Below are positions 1 to 9,429 of a DNA stretch of 64,000 bases, in pieces. The DNA lies in assembly GCA_963791045.1 (NCBI GenBank), contig CAWBQK010000017.1:64001-128000 (forward strand). The letters are read 5' to 3'. The stretch comes from Candidatus Latescibacterota bacterium. GTDB lineage: Bacteria > Krumholzibacteriota > Krumholzibacteriia > WVZY01. Numbering within the stretch: the first letter of the stretch is position 1; each line of letters opens with the position of its first letter. Below the pieces are notes generated by a model. That model had not been told where the DNA came from. It saw nothing but the letters and a program-made list of their open reading frames with translations, and made no database searches. The position numbers and the translations under genes were made by a program.

Positions 1-556
1 CCGGGTGGAAATCAGCGCCACCAATGCGCACGCCTATATTGCCAATTTCCATGACCTCGCCGGTTGCCGGGTCGATTTCAACGAGCCTGGAGTCGGTACC
101 GAAGAGCCGGTCGTCTGGATGGAACGCCAGGGCCATCAACTGTCCCTGCGATTCGAGTCCCGCATTCACCGCAGTACCAAGCCCCGTGCAGGGATCGACG
201 GTGAGGAGGCGGCCATCGGGGACTGTGCTGTTGGGTTCTTCGCCTCTGTTTGAATTATTCCATACGTAGATTCCGCCGTTGCATGAACGGATCGCCATGG
301 CTATGGGCGTTATAAATATATTTGGATCGGGATCCAATGGTCCGACGAGCGTTGACACGCCGGTTGCCGGATCCAGGATTGACAGGGCGTCGCCACTTGA
401 ACTAACGCCGTAAAGAACATAGTCAACACTGGCGGAGACGGGCACCATGCCAGTGAAACCCGTTGAATTGTTCTGGGGTAAAGTCGTCGAATCCTGGCAG
501 CCAAAAAGAAAAACGCCAACCAATGTGGCGATTAGAAAAAACCGGAGTACGTTCAT
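1..556 (-). CDS. Lipoprotein with beta-propeller-like repeats (partial, runs off the window start)
   Basis: Not in the ORF track. My translation from ATG at 556 is open to position 1: MNVLRFFLIATLVGVFLFG-CQDST... (lipobox), with repeated xDPxTG motifs (ILDPATG, TVDPCTG, EIDPATG) and a purine-rich RBS upstream. Confidence 0.75.
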   Translation of the reverse strand, partial: MNVLRFFLIATLVGVFLFGCQDSTTLPQNNSTGFTGMVPVSASVDYVLYGVSSSGDALSILDPATGVSTLVGPLDPDPNIFITPIAMAIRSCNGGIYVWNNSNRGEEPNSTVPDGRLLTVDPCTGLGTAVNAGLESQGQLMALAFHPDDRLFGTDSRLVEIDPATGEVMEIGNIGVRIGGADFHP

Positions 557-704
557 CGTGTTCCCCCCTGTGGTTGCTATGCGGTGCCTGCCCGCCGCTT
601 CGTAGCAAGGAGCGGGAAAGAGCGTTAAGCATGTGGAATAGCACTGATTATAGCATGCCGACGGGGATTTTGCACGGTCTATCTATTGGCCGCCCGGTCG
701 AGAA

Positions 705-1295
705 TCATCTCGAGAATGATCCGATCCTGGCCCACCATGCATTGACATCCATGGACTGTGCGAGTTGCCACAGCGATTTCGCGCTTTTTGTTTTCAGATG
801 TTTGGGCGCCTTTGTCATAAAAAGCGCCGCGCCCTTGTGTCCGTGTTCGGTATATTCCTTTGCCTGGATGAGACACTCGAGGATGTCGCAGTCGCGGGCG
901 ATGATGCTCTCGGGTGAGTCCTGCTGCCGGTAATCGCCCCGAATATCTGTCATCTCGTCTTTGATGACTTTGGGTAACGGATCCATCTGGTGTTCGAACG
1001 ATGCGTCCTCTGCCGCTTCCGCGTCGATATAGCGCTGGGCCATTTTGTGCAAATCGGTGATGCGCGCTTCGTGGATGTCGTTGAATAGCGTCATGAGTAA
1101 AACACGATAGACCGACACGTTTTCCATGTGTGCAATCATGTAGCCGATCACAGCACACCTGAAACTGTGATCCGCGACGCTTTCGGGGCTGTCGATCCCA
1201 AGGACCGACCATCCCGACCTTGGGACGCGTTTGAGTGCGCCCGCTTCGAGTATGAACTCGACGACGCTCTTGTTCTTTTGGTTCGATTCCGGCAT
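705..1295 (-). CDS. HD-domain phosphohydrolase (YfbR/HDDC2-like 5'-deoxynucleotidase family)
   Basis: LKRVPRSGW...ESVADHSFR and ARITDL...DCDILE motifs. The HD dyad appears as ND (LFNDIHEA). Confidence 0.8.
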   Translation of the reverse strand: MPESNQKNKSVVEFILEAGALKRVPRSGWSVLGIDSPESVADHSFRCAVIGYMIAHMENVSVYRVLLMTLFNDIHEARITDLHKMAQRYIDAEAAEDASFEHQMDPLPKVIKDEMTDIRGDYRQQDSPESIIARDCDILECLIQAKEYTEHGHKGAALFMTKAPKHLKTKSAKSLWQLAQSMDVNAWWARIGSFSR

Positions 1296-1311
1296 AAGGG
1301 CTCCCGCGTGT

Positions 1312-2043
1312 TTATTGTTTCTGTCTTGTTATCTCGTGGCAGAAGATTGCGCAGGCCATGCTGACATTGAACGAGAGCGGCGCTCCCCGCATCGGTATTC
1401 GCGCCTGGATGTCGATCCGTTTCTGGAGCCCCTTTCGGATTCCCGTGCCTTCGGAACCCAGAACCACGCCCAGGGGGAAAGGGAAGGACACCTTCGTAAT
1501 ATCGTCTCCTTCTTCGTCGACGACGGCGCCGGCAATCCAATATCCAAGCTGCTTTGCTTTATCGATTGCGGGTGCGAGGTTGTTTGTCGTCGCCACTGGG
1601 ACGTAATTCTCGCCGCCTGAGGCCACGTGAAGAACTGTTTCGTTGACCTGGCAAGCCTCGCGGCTCGGAATGATCAGCGAAAACCCGCCAAAGCATGCGG
1701 ACAACCGAATTATCACACCCAGGTTGTGGGGATCGTTCACTCTGTCGAGGAAAATTATCGTTCGTTTCTCATCAAGGGCGTTTTGTATGAGATCTTCTGT
1801 GGGCGTGTACTCGTACATGTCGACCTTGGCCACGATGCCCTGGAGGTCCTTTTGGGGTCGCATCTTGTCAAGATCGGAAGACGGAAGGCGCTCACAGGCC
1901 ACTCCGTTTTGCCTTATTGCCTTCTCAAACGAGGGAAGGGAGAGCCCTTCTCTCAAGTAGATTTGTCTGATCGATTCCGGGTGGGCTTTTAAACGCTCCG
2001 CGATGGAATTTTTTCCGTAAAGATAGATGTGGTTTTTTGCCAT
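1312..2043 (-). CDS. rlmB: TrmH/SpoU-family RNA 2'-O-methyltransferase (RlmB-like)
   Basis: LDRVNDPHNLGVIIR, VLGSEGTGIR and IPMRGAPLSFNVSMA SPOUT motifs, plus an N-terminal L30-like substrate-binding domain. Confidence 0.8.
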   Translation of the reverse strand: MAKNHIYLYGKNSIAERLKAHPESIRQIYLREGLSLPSFEKAIRQNGVACERLPSSDLDKMRPQKDLQGIVAKVDMYEYTPTEDLIQNALDEKRTIIFLDRVNDPHNLGVIIRLSACFGGFSLIIPSREACQVNETVLHVASGGENYVPVATTNNLAPAIDKAKQLGYWIAGAVVDEEGDDITKVSFPFPLGVVLGSEGTGIRKGLQKRIDIQARIPMRGAPLSFNVSMACAIFCHEITRQKQ

Positions 2044-2182
2044 ATGTGTCCTTTCGCGATTATTGTATCACGTTTTATGGTTTGTGTCGTGCTGACGGAT
2101 GGCTGTGTAAAAAACGCATTCACAATGGGTTGTAATGCGGGCCGGTAAGGGTTCGATTTGGGCCGGGTAGCGGACGAGCCAC

Positions 2183-2211
2183 TTGATTTCACTCGACCGA
2201 TCCTGTATATT
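2183..2211 (+). promoter_or_regulatory. Candidate sigma70 promoter of greA
   Basis: TTGATT-17 nt-TATATT about 40 nt upstream of the greA start. Confidence 0.5.
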
Positions 2212-2251
2212 GGCAACTCTTTCCAAAATCAGACATAACCGGGAGACAATA

Positions 2252-2734
2252 GTGGAACATTATTACTTTACAGAAAAAGGCTACCGAAAAATCAAGGACG
2301 AGATCGACAAGCTCGAGAAGTTTATCAAGCAGGATATTGCGAAGGAAATTGGGACGGCGCGCGAGCACGGCGACATCAAAGAAAATGCCGAATATCACGC
2401 TGCAAAAGACAAACAGGCGAATTATATGGCGAAGTTGGGCCAGCTTCAGCAGCGATTTTCGAGGGCGAGAATCGTGCGCAAGGAAGAACTGGCGCCTGAT
2501 GTCGTTACATTGGGCAAGCGCGTGGAAATAAGAGACGTTGATACTGATGAATTGAAAGTTTACACAATTCTCGGCGAGGGAGAGACGGACATTAGCAAGG
2601 GAATCATCAGCTATCAGTCGCCTATGGCGAAGGCGCTTCTGAGCCACAAGGAAGGCGACGTCGTGGAGGTTCAGCTACCCCGAGGTATTAAAAAATTCGA
2701 GGTCCTATCGGTTGTGTTCTTTGAAGACGAATAA
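2252..2734 (+). CDS. greA: Transcription elongation factor GreA
   Basis: AREHGDIKENAEYHAAK and ISYQSPMAKALL motifs. GTG start at 2252 follows a GGAG RBS. Confidence 0.95.
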   Translation: MEHYYFTEKGYRKIKDEIDKLEKFIKQDIAKEIGTAREHGDIKENAEYHAAKDKQANYMAKLGQLQQRFSRARIVRKEELAPDVVTLGKRVEIRDVDTDELKVYTILGEGETDISKGIISYQSPMAKALLSHKEGDVVEVQLPRGIKKFEVLSVVFFEDE

Positions 2735-2771
2735 CATCCCCCCTGTGGCGCCGAACCGACGATAAACGAGA

Positions 2772-2810
2772 AAAAACCCCGGCTTGATTCGAAAACAAGC
2801 CGGGGTTTTT
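2772..2810. terminator. Bidirectional intrinsic terminator
   Basis: AAAAACCCCGGCTTG-loop-CAAGCCGGGGTTTTT between convergent genes. Confidence 0.85.
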
Positions 2811-2835
2811 GAATGTTCAGAATCAGGTCCGCGAC

Positions 2836-3342
2836 TTAAAAGAACGGCAAAACGACGCCGACATTTGCGCCGATTCCGCCCATATCCACGGATCCGCCAA
2901 TATCGTCATGCCCGTCGGCATCGAGAACAAGATAGCGGGCCTCCGCAAACGCACCCAACCCGAAGAGTGTAAACTCCGCTCCGGCAAGGATGGAAAAGCC
3001 GACAGTGTTTTTTGGCGAATAGTCACCGGACATTAAGTAATAGCCGAGACCGACGCCGCCGTAAAAGAGGCCGAGCTTAGCGCGGCCGACAGCCTCAAGC
3101 GGGAACATGTTGAGATCTCCCGCGTCTCCGTCGCTTCCATAGTTGAGCCACGATGCGCGGGCTTCAACGGCGACTATCGGGATGATCTGAAACTTGTGTT
3201 TGACGCCGAATCCGAAGCCGGAGTCTGCGTCTTTCGAATCCTGCCACTGCGCAAAGACACCGATCGCTTTCGCAGACGACACGCCGCCCGTCAGGACTCC
3301 GGCCATTATCATAACGGCCAACATAATTCGTAGGTTTTTCAA
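2836..3342 (-). CDS. Small outer-membrane beta-barrel protein
   Basis: Signal peptide, about 8 amphipathic beta strands, aromatic C-terminus (VGVVLPFF). Confidence 0.7.
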   Translation of the reverse strand: MKNLRIMLAVMIMAGVLTGGVSSAKAIGVFAQWQDSKDADSGFGFGVKHKFQIIPIVAVEARASWLNYGSDGDAGDLNMFPLEAVGRAKLGLFYGGVGLGYYLMSGDYSPKNTVGFSILAGAEFTLFGLGAFAEARYLVLDADGHDDIGGSVDMGGIGANVGVVLPFF

Positions 3343-3459
3343 AATCGATCTCCTTTTGTTACCGAAAGAGGACTATTCCGTGTTCGCCGAGCTAATACCA
3401 TTTGTGTCGGTTCGTCAAGTGTATTGAACCCTTACGAAGCCTGTGCGGCAAGACAAAAA

Positions 3460-4032
3460 TCACTCGAAATCAACCGCACCGCTCTCGAGGTGGTAGAACG
3501 CCGTGATGATCCGTACATCGTCGTGTTCAACGGCGTGTTTGATGATGTCAGACTCACTGGTCAACCTCTCGGCTGTGAGTCTGGCGTTGCGCCGGGCTGT
3601 GTCGTCGACATCCCCGCCGAAGGACGTGTCGATCGCCGCCTTTATGAGAGCGAGCAAATGATCCAGGTTGGCGCTGGGGGGAGGGCCTTCGAGCGCCGCC
3701 GTCACAGCTCCGCAGCTTTCGTGCGCGAGGACGACGACCAGTTTGGTCTTGAGGTGGGCGACGGCGTACTCAATGGTGGCAATTGTAGAAGTGTTGGCCA
3801 CATTGCCGGCCACCCGTATTACGAAGAGGTCGCCAATTCCCGTATCGAAAATGATTTCCGGCACGATCCGGCTGTCGGCGCAGCTCAGGATTGTCGCGAA
3901 CGGGAATTGTCCGTCAAGCAGCTCCCGCCGACGCGCCTCATCACGCCTCGCGGCTTTGATCCGGCCCGACTGGTTGCGTTTGTTTCCTTGTTTGAGCCTA
4001 TTGAGGGCCTCTTCCGCCGTCGGGACATCCAT
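3460..4032 (-). CDS. Beta-class carbonic anhydrase
   Basis: LSCADSR, DLFVIRVAGN and HESCGAV zinc-ligand motifs. Confidence 0.95.
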   Translation of the reverse strand: MDVPTAEEALNRLKQGNKRNQSGRIKAARRDEARRRELLDGQFPFATILSCADSRIVPEIIFDTGIGDLFVIRVAGNVANTSTIATIEYAVAHLKTKLVVVLAHESCGAVTAALEGPPPSANLDHLLALIKAAIDTSFGGDVDDTARRNARLTAERLTSESDIIKHAVEHDDVRIITAFYHLESGAVDFE

Positions 4033-4198
4033 GTCGCTGCACCCCTTGTTGATTTCGTGTTTGATTGCTCAAGATTCAATCTTATCAGGAGCTGAGTGGG
4101 ATGACAGGTGTTTTTTACAATGGATTGACACACAACCGGCAATTTTGGTAAAAGTCGAACAAGAGTCGTCAAACAAAGCCCAGCAGAAAGGACTCGAT

Positions 4199-4732
4199 AT
4201 GAAGGTTGTTTATTTTGTTTTATTGGCGATCGTTGTGGTCATCGCCTGCGCCCCTCCTGGTGTGTCAGCGCAGGAGACCAAGCCGATCAATCTCGCCCTG
4301 TGGGATCCCGTCCAGATTTACAACCACGATTACGTCATTCACGGTCTCCGTCTGAACATCTATGGGAATAATGCGGGTCTCAAAGGCGTGGATATCGGCA
4401 TCGCCAACTGGATCACAGGTGATGTCACGGGTATCCAATGGGGATTTGTCAACAAAACTGCCGGTAACTTTACCGGCTGGCAAAGTGCTCCCATCCAGAT
4501 GGTCGAGGGACACATGGCGGGGCTGCAGACGTCATGGCTGGTGTCGATGAACGGTAGCGGAGAGGGTCTGCAATGGGGTGGGGTGACGATTTCGGACGAT
4601 TTTACGGGAGTGCAAATCGGTATCGTGAACTATGCGATCGAGTTTCACGGTATCCAACTGGGTTTGATCAATATCATCAAAAAGGGTGGAATGCTACCGG
4701 TGTTCCCGTTTTTCAACTTCAGCTTTGACTAG
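4199..4732 (+). CDS. Exported glycine-rich beta-repeat protein (LA_2272/VC2662-like)
   Basis: ATG at 4199 after an AGGA RBS, signal peptide, and repeated G(I/L/V)Q(W/I/L)GxVN units. The longer 3668 ORF start is an antisense shadow of the carbonic anhydrase gene. Confidence 0.7.
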   Translation: MKVVYFVLLAIVVVIACAPPGVSAQETKPINLALWDPVQIYNHDYVIHGLRLNIYGNNAGLKGVDIGIANWITGDVTGIQWGFVNKTAGNFTGWQSAPIQMVEGHMAGLQTSWLVSMNGSGEGLQWGGVTISDDFTGVQIGIVNYAIEFHGIQLGLINIIKKGGMLPVFPFFNFSFD

Positions 4733-4754
4733 ACCTTGAACCGATACGATGAGT

Positions 4755-4795
4755 AAAGGAAAAGGGCATCCTCGATGAGGGCGCCCTTTTCCTTT
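4755..4795. terminator. Bidirectional intrinsic terminator
   Basis: AAAGGAAAAGGGCATCCTC-GAT-GAGGGCGCCCTTTTCCTTT inverted repeat between convergent genes. Confidence 0.8.
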
Positions 4796-4818
4796 GCTGG
4801 TTTATGAGGCAGTGTTCG

Positions 4819-5232
4819 TTAGTGCTTTCCCGGAGCCAGCGCGACGCCCCGGCGTTCGTAAGTGATGTAGGCCTCGATCGCAACCAAATCGGGATCATCA
4901 AGAGCCAGTGGCGCCCCTTCGAGGGGTTGCTGAAGGCACCAGTTGATCATTTCGCGAAGGGCGATAACACGTCCGAGCTGCTGTTGGAATTTCGGATAGG
5001 TTTCCGGGTGTGTGTTGGCGGCATTGGGATGGCACTGCGCGCACGCGACGCCGTTCGTTCCAAGCTCTCCGCTCACCCATAACGCACGTCCTTTTTCCAC
5101 GACGCTCATGTATTCGGACTCCCACCGTTGCAGGTCTTCTTTCGAGAATTCATCGGCCTTTATTGCTACATCACCGGCGATAGCCAGGAATATAACGAGA
5201 AGCAACAAAGTGCCCAAGATCTTCAAAGACAT
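4819..5232 (-). CDS. Monoheme cytochrome c with a SoxA/TsdA-like heme domain
   Basis: Signal peptide, CAQCH, then YPKF...LREMINWC...PL...LVAIEAYI, resembling the His/Cys-ligated SoxA/TsdA heme domain. Confidence 0.7.
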   Translation of the reverse strand: MSLKILGTLLLLVIFLAIAGDVAIKADEFSKEDLQRWESEYMSVVEKGRALWVSGELGTNGVACAQCHPNAANTHPETYPKFQQQLGRVIALREMINWCLQQPLEGAPLALDDPDLVAIEAYITYERRGVALAPGKH

Positions 5233-5244
5233 TGCGTCCTCCTC

Positions 5245-6321
5245 TTAATAGTGAATTTGAGGCTCGATCCTCCCAGCCTCATCCTGGAATTCCTTGTCTT
5301 CCGGATGTCCCTTATCCGGATTGTAGGCGACGGTGCGGTTGGTGTTGCTGTAGAGGTTGTACTCCATAGTGACCCGGCCGTTTTTCATGTCGATGAACTG
5401 CCAGCCCGTCGCATCCCGCTCAAAGAACGGATCGGCCCGATTCATGGGCACGGTCAGTTTCGGCAGGTGACTCTCGGCCTGGGCATAACTCTGGGGATAC
5501 GGCCACGGCCATGCGGTCGCCATCACTGCGTGAAAGCTGATATTGTCGATCTGGTTGTACTGGACCTGGTGGACGTGACCGTATACGACCGTTACGTCGG
5601 GGAAGGGCTTGAGGAGCGCCTGGACCTGTTCAGCGTCTTCCGTCCAGAAATTCCATCCTTTGTAGATTTTCTGAATCGGTGAGTGCGAAAAGAGCACGAT
5701 GGGTGTGTTCTTTTTCACCTTTTCGAGGTCCTTGCGAAGCCATTCGCGCTGCGCGTCGCCCACCATGAATGGCGATCCGTTCGGGTTGTCGAGGCCCGCC
5801 ATTTCGAGCATTCTCTGTTTGGCAGACGGCCACCTGTTGTGCGTCCACTCGTCGTACGTGAGAACGCTGTTGAGCGTGATGAAATGAACGCCTTTGTGGT
5901 CAAAGCTGTAGTGCTGAGGCCCAAAGAGCTTGGACCAGTACTCTCCGAGGTCAAAATAGTAATCGTGTTCGCCCATGACGCAGTGGGTCTTGTAGTCGAG
6001 CTTGGAAAGAATTTCTGCTCCGTGATCGAGTTCTTCCTTCGTCCCGAGCTGGGCGAGGTCGCCCCCGAACATAACGAAGTCGGGTTTGGGAACGAGAAGG
6101 TTCGTCTCCGCGACGGCGCGGATCAGTCCGCGGTCCCAGTTGCGAACAAACTTGCTGCCCCCAATGTGCTGGATGTGCGCGTCGGAAATATACGCAAACA
6201 TGAAATTCTTGCGCGTGTCTGCGAACGCGAGCTCCACCATGCTTAACGGCAGGCAGCTCACGGCGGCGAACGCGCCGGTCGTCTTGAGAAATTCGCGGCG
6301 GTTCATCTTGTTCGTGGACAT
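5245..6321 (-). CDS. Tat-exported metallophosphoesterase (calcineurin-like fold)
   Basis: MNRREFLK twin-arginine signal; motifs SDAH, GGDLAQ, GEHD (in place of GNHD), FSHSP and GHVH. Confidence 0.85.
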   Translation of the reverse strand: MSTNKMNRREFLKTTGAFAAVSCLPLSMVELAFADTRKNFMFAYISDAHIQHIGGSKFVRNWDRGLIRAVAETNLLVPKPDFVMFGGDLAQLGTKEELDHGAEILSKLDYKTHCVMGEHDYYFDLGEYWSKLFGPQHYSFDHKGVHFITLNSVLTYDEWTHNRWPSAKQRMLEMAGLDNPNGSPFMVGDAQREWLRKDLEKVKKNTPIVLFSHSPIQKIYKGWNFWTEDAEQVQALLKPFPDVTVVYGHVHQVQYNQIDNISFHAVMATAWPWPYPQSYAQAESHLPKLTVPMNRADPFFERDATGWQFIDMKNGRVTMEYNLYSNTNRTVAYNPDKGHPEDKEFQDEAGRIEPQIHY

Positions 6322-6332
6322 GTCTGCCTCCC

Positions 6333-7484
6333 TTACTTTGAATCGGAATTTGATTGGGCAAGGCCCTCGAATTCCGGACTTGTGAGTGCTTCCATAAACG
6401 CTACCAGAGCGTCGATCTCAGAGTCAGTGAGATTGAGCGGGCGGATACCTCCGCTCAAGAAATCATTGACGGGATCGCCCTCGTTGGTTACACCGCCATT
6501 GTTGTAATGGACGACGACTTCGCGAAGGGTTTTGATGCTTCCGTCGTGCATGTACGGAGCCGTGACGGCAATGTTGCGCAAGGTTGGTGTTTTGAAAGAG
6601 CCGAGATCGTCAAAGCCGCGTGTTACCGCGAAACGGCCGATCTCGGATGTTTTGGCATCGGAGAGCACCTTGAAGTCAACCTCTTTGAGCGTGTATGCCG
6701 CTTCGAGAAACGTACGGGCGAGTTCGGGGACTTCTTTCTGGATGTCGTTGATCCCAACACCAATGTTGTGAAACCGGTTGTCGGTAAAAAGAGCCTGCGT
6801 CTGTTCAATCCTGTGGCAGGATACGCACCGCCCTGTATTGACGAACAGGTCGAATCCCTGCTTCTGGAGCGAAGTCAGCGCGTCTTTATCTCCGCCGTAG
6901 AAAAACCGGTCGAATGCCGAGTTGCCGCTTATTTGAGTGCGTTCGAACGCGGCGATGGCCTTGGTTACTTCGTCCATCGTTATCGCGTCACCCGTTTTCC
7001 CGAACACCGCCTTGAATGCAGCCACATAATCGGGATCCGTTCGAACCACCTCGAGAATCGGTTGATGGTCCTTGAGGCCCATTTCAACTGGATTCAGAAA
7101 AGGGTGCAGGGCTTGATCTTCGAGACTGGGGGACCGCCCATCCCAAAACTGGGTCCGGAAATACAAAGCGTTGACCACGGTCGGGGCGTTTCGAGTGCCG
7201 GTGAGCTTGTTGATCCCTTCGGATACTTTCAGAGGACTGTCCGTGAAGGCTTTTTCAGCGTCGTGACACGTGGCGCAACTCACTTCGCCGTTGGAACTGA
7301 ATCTCTTATCGTGAAAGAGCTTGTCACCGAGCGCAATTTTTTCCGGAGTCTGGGGATTGTCCGGCGTGTCCGGCGGAGGGGGAAGTCCCAACGGGGGGGC
7401 TGTCGCGGCCTCCAAAGTAAGAACGGCGCCGAGCATGAAAACGAATACTCCGGCGAGAAACACACCAAAAAGAAATTTCTTCAT
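6333..7484 (-). CDS. Diheme cytochrome c peroxidase / MauG superfamily protein
   Basis: CATCH, RNAPTV, QFWDGRSPSLEDQA, NPVEMG, CVSCH and FKTPTLRNIAVTAPYMHDG. Confidence 0.92.
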   Translation of the reverse strand: MKKFLFGVFLAGVFVFMLGAVLTLEAATAPPLGLPPPPDTPDNPQTPEKIALGDKLFHDKRFSSNGEVSCATCHDAEKAFTDSPLKVSEGINKLTGTRNAPTVVNALYFRTQFWDGRSPSLEDQALHPFLNPVEMGLKDHQPILEVVRTDPDYVAAFKAVFGKTGDAITMDEVTKAIAAFERTQISGNSAFDRFFYGGDKDALTSLQKQGFDLFVNTGRCVSCHRIEQTQALFTDNRFHNIGVGINDIQKEVPELARTFLEAAYTLKEVDFKVLSDAKTSEIGRFAVTRGFDDLGSFKTPTLRNIAVTAPYMHDGSIKTLREVVVHYNNGGVTNEGDPVNDFLSGGIRPLNLTDSEIDALVAFMEALTSPEFEGLAQSNSDSK

Positions 7485-7809
7485 GGCTCCTCCTGTTCGT
7501 CGCGGTCAAAGCGCTTGCTTGGGCGATTTATAGTGGGAAATGTGTAATATGGGATTGGTCGACCGGAATCGACCTGCGGGAAACGGGCTGTTGTGAAGTG
7601 TTCATTCATGGTCACAAAATCGACCAGGACAAGTTTTGGGAAAAGACTTAGGGTTTACGGTAAATGAGACAAACCCAGAATGTCAAGTAATTCGTTCATT
7701 CAATTCGATCTGGCTGGAGTCGGGAAAGAATAGTATGATCGGGTTTAGATATCGATTGGACACTGGTTGCGAGAAGTGTGTGCTGTTCACGATTTATGGT
7801 ACGGAGCAA

Positions 7810-8331
7810 ATGGTGAAGGCTTCGATGAAAAACGTAAATGTCACCGCGGGTCCGGGGTGGTCCGTTCTGGTGTGCGCTCTTCTCTTGTGTGTGGGCCTGG
7901 TTCGCCTGGTATCCTATTCCAGGGGCGCATTCTCCAATTTGGTGTGTGGGTCTGCGATCGGTTTTCTGTGTTACGACCCGGCATCTCTCCTCAACGCGCA
8001 ATTCTTCAAAATTGTATCAACACCTACGATAATCGCAGGTATTTACTTCTTTTTCAGATGGCGAAACGCGGGACGGCCCGGGGGAAGGTTTGATGAGAGA
8101 CTTGATTTTAAATCGCCGTTGCTGAGGGGCATCCTGACCACCACGATAACACTCCACTGGTTTGCGTTGGAGTGGTGGAAGTTCAATGCGGAGCATTTTT
8201 ATCCCTGGTCTCCGTTGGAAGGCCGATGGGTGAACGTCGCCGTCCTCGTGGCCAGTCAGCTGCTTGCATTTTGGGGTATGAAATATCTGTCGTTCGATCC
8301 GATCTTCCGGGGTAAACAAGGTCGCAAATAA
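7810..8331 (+). CDS. Hypothetical membrane protein
   Basis: About 4 hydrophobic segments. The start is uncertain (7810 or 7825). Confidence 0.5.
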   Translation: MVKASMKNVNVTAGPGWSVLVCALLLCVGLVRLVSYSRGAFSNLVCGSAIGFLCYDPASLLNAQFFKIVSTPTIIAGIYFFFRWRNAGRPGGRFDERLDFKSPLLRGILTTTITLHWFALEWWKFNAEHFYPWSPLEGRWVNVAVLVASQLLAFWGMKYLSFDPIFRGKQGRK

Positions 8332-8379
8332 GCAAAGTTTGAACTCCGCAGGCGAAGACGCTCACGGGAAGGATGTTCA

Positions 8380-9294
8380 ATGGCATTTCAGCAAATCACA
8401 AGAGATGGGCGTGGAGACGATCTATTGGAGTTGTTGCTTGTGTTTGCGGTGGCCACGATACTCTGCATTCGGGGTTTTCTGGCAATGACCGGCTATCCGC
8501 AGCTTGGCGGGGGCGGCCTTCACATTGCCCACATGTTGTGGGGCGGCTTGGCGATGCTGGCGTCGATCGCACTGTTGCTCAGTTTTTGGAACATCGCCAT
8601 GCGGCAACTGGCGGCTGCGATCGGTGGAATCGGGTTTGGTTTTTTTGTCGACGAATTGGGAAAATTCATCACTTCTGATAACAACTACTTTTTTCAACCA
8701 ACGATTGCGCTTCTCTATATAATGTTTATCCTCCTGTTTCTTTTGGTTCGAGTTCTGAGGACGCGACCGTTGAGCCTCCGTGAGATAGAAGCGAACGAGG
8801 GTATAATAGCCGCCATGTCGGGCGAAGACGAGGATTCAAACGTGTATCGTGTGTACACACGGATCCAGCAAGCATTATCCGGCGGATACCGATATCTCGT
8901 GACACGAAGGTGGTTCGCCCCTGGATTGAGCGCGCTGTTTTTAGCCGTTGCGATCGGGCAGGCCGTTACAATAGTTTCATACTTGACCGGTTCGGAGGAT
9001 TTGGGGGCCACACGCAATATCCCTTTGTTCGAGCAGGGAGCATCGGTTGTGAGCGTGTTGTTGATGCTGATGGGTGTGATGAGGCTGCCAAAGTCTCGGC
9101 TGTCCGCGTACCTGTGGTTCCAGCGTTCAACCTTGGTTACGATATTTGTAACGCAGGTGTTCATGTTCTACTATTCGGAGCTTGCGGCCCTCGGTGGTTT
9201 GCTGATTCATTTGTTGTTGTACGTCGCGCTTCGAATTTTGATTTCCCAAGAGGAAGGGATTTCCACGAGCACGCCGGGGGCGCGCCGGGATTGA
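8380..9294 (+). CDS. Conserved integral membrane protein
   Basis: Multiple TM helices and a GGGGLHIAHMLWGG...GFGFFVDELGKFITSDNNYF motif. Confidence 0.75.
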   Translation: MAFQQITRDGRGDDLLELLLVFAVATILCIRGFLAMTGYPQLGGGGLHIAHMLWGGLAMLASIALLLSFWNIAMRQLAAAIGGIGFGFFVDELGKFITSDNNYFFQPTIALLYIMFILLFLLVRVLRTRPLSLREIEANEGIIAAMSGEDEDSNVYRVYTRIQQALSGGYRYLVTRRWFAPGLSALFLAVAIGQAVTIVSYLTGSEDLGATRNIPLFEQGASVVSVLLMLMGVMRLPKSRLSAYLWFQRSTLVTIFVTQVFMFYYSELAALGGLLIHLLLYVALRILISQEEGISTSTPGARRD

Positions 9295-9429
9295 TTAGAG
9301 AGTCGGAAGTAATCCAGGATGTGTTGATGAGAGTTTAAGTGGCCACCAATATCGCAAATGGATTTGACCCCAGGTCTGAGGAGATAAATGTCACTAATGG
9401 CTGTCATTCATTGTGGATGATCGCCCCGC

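Noticed and set aside
6354-7547. Long antisense ORFs (also 9598-10575, 28426-29481, 32934-33890, 45931-47109, 52567-53400)
   Set aside because: They are shadows of well-supported genes on the opposite strand, with no motifs, as expected from GC-rich codon bias.
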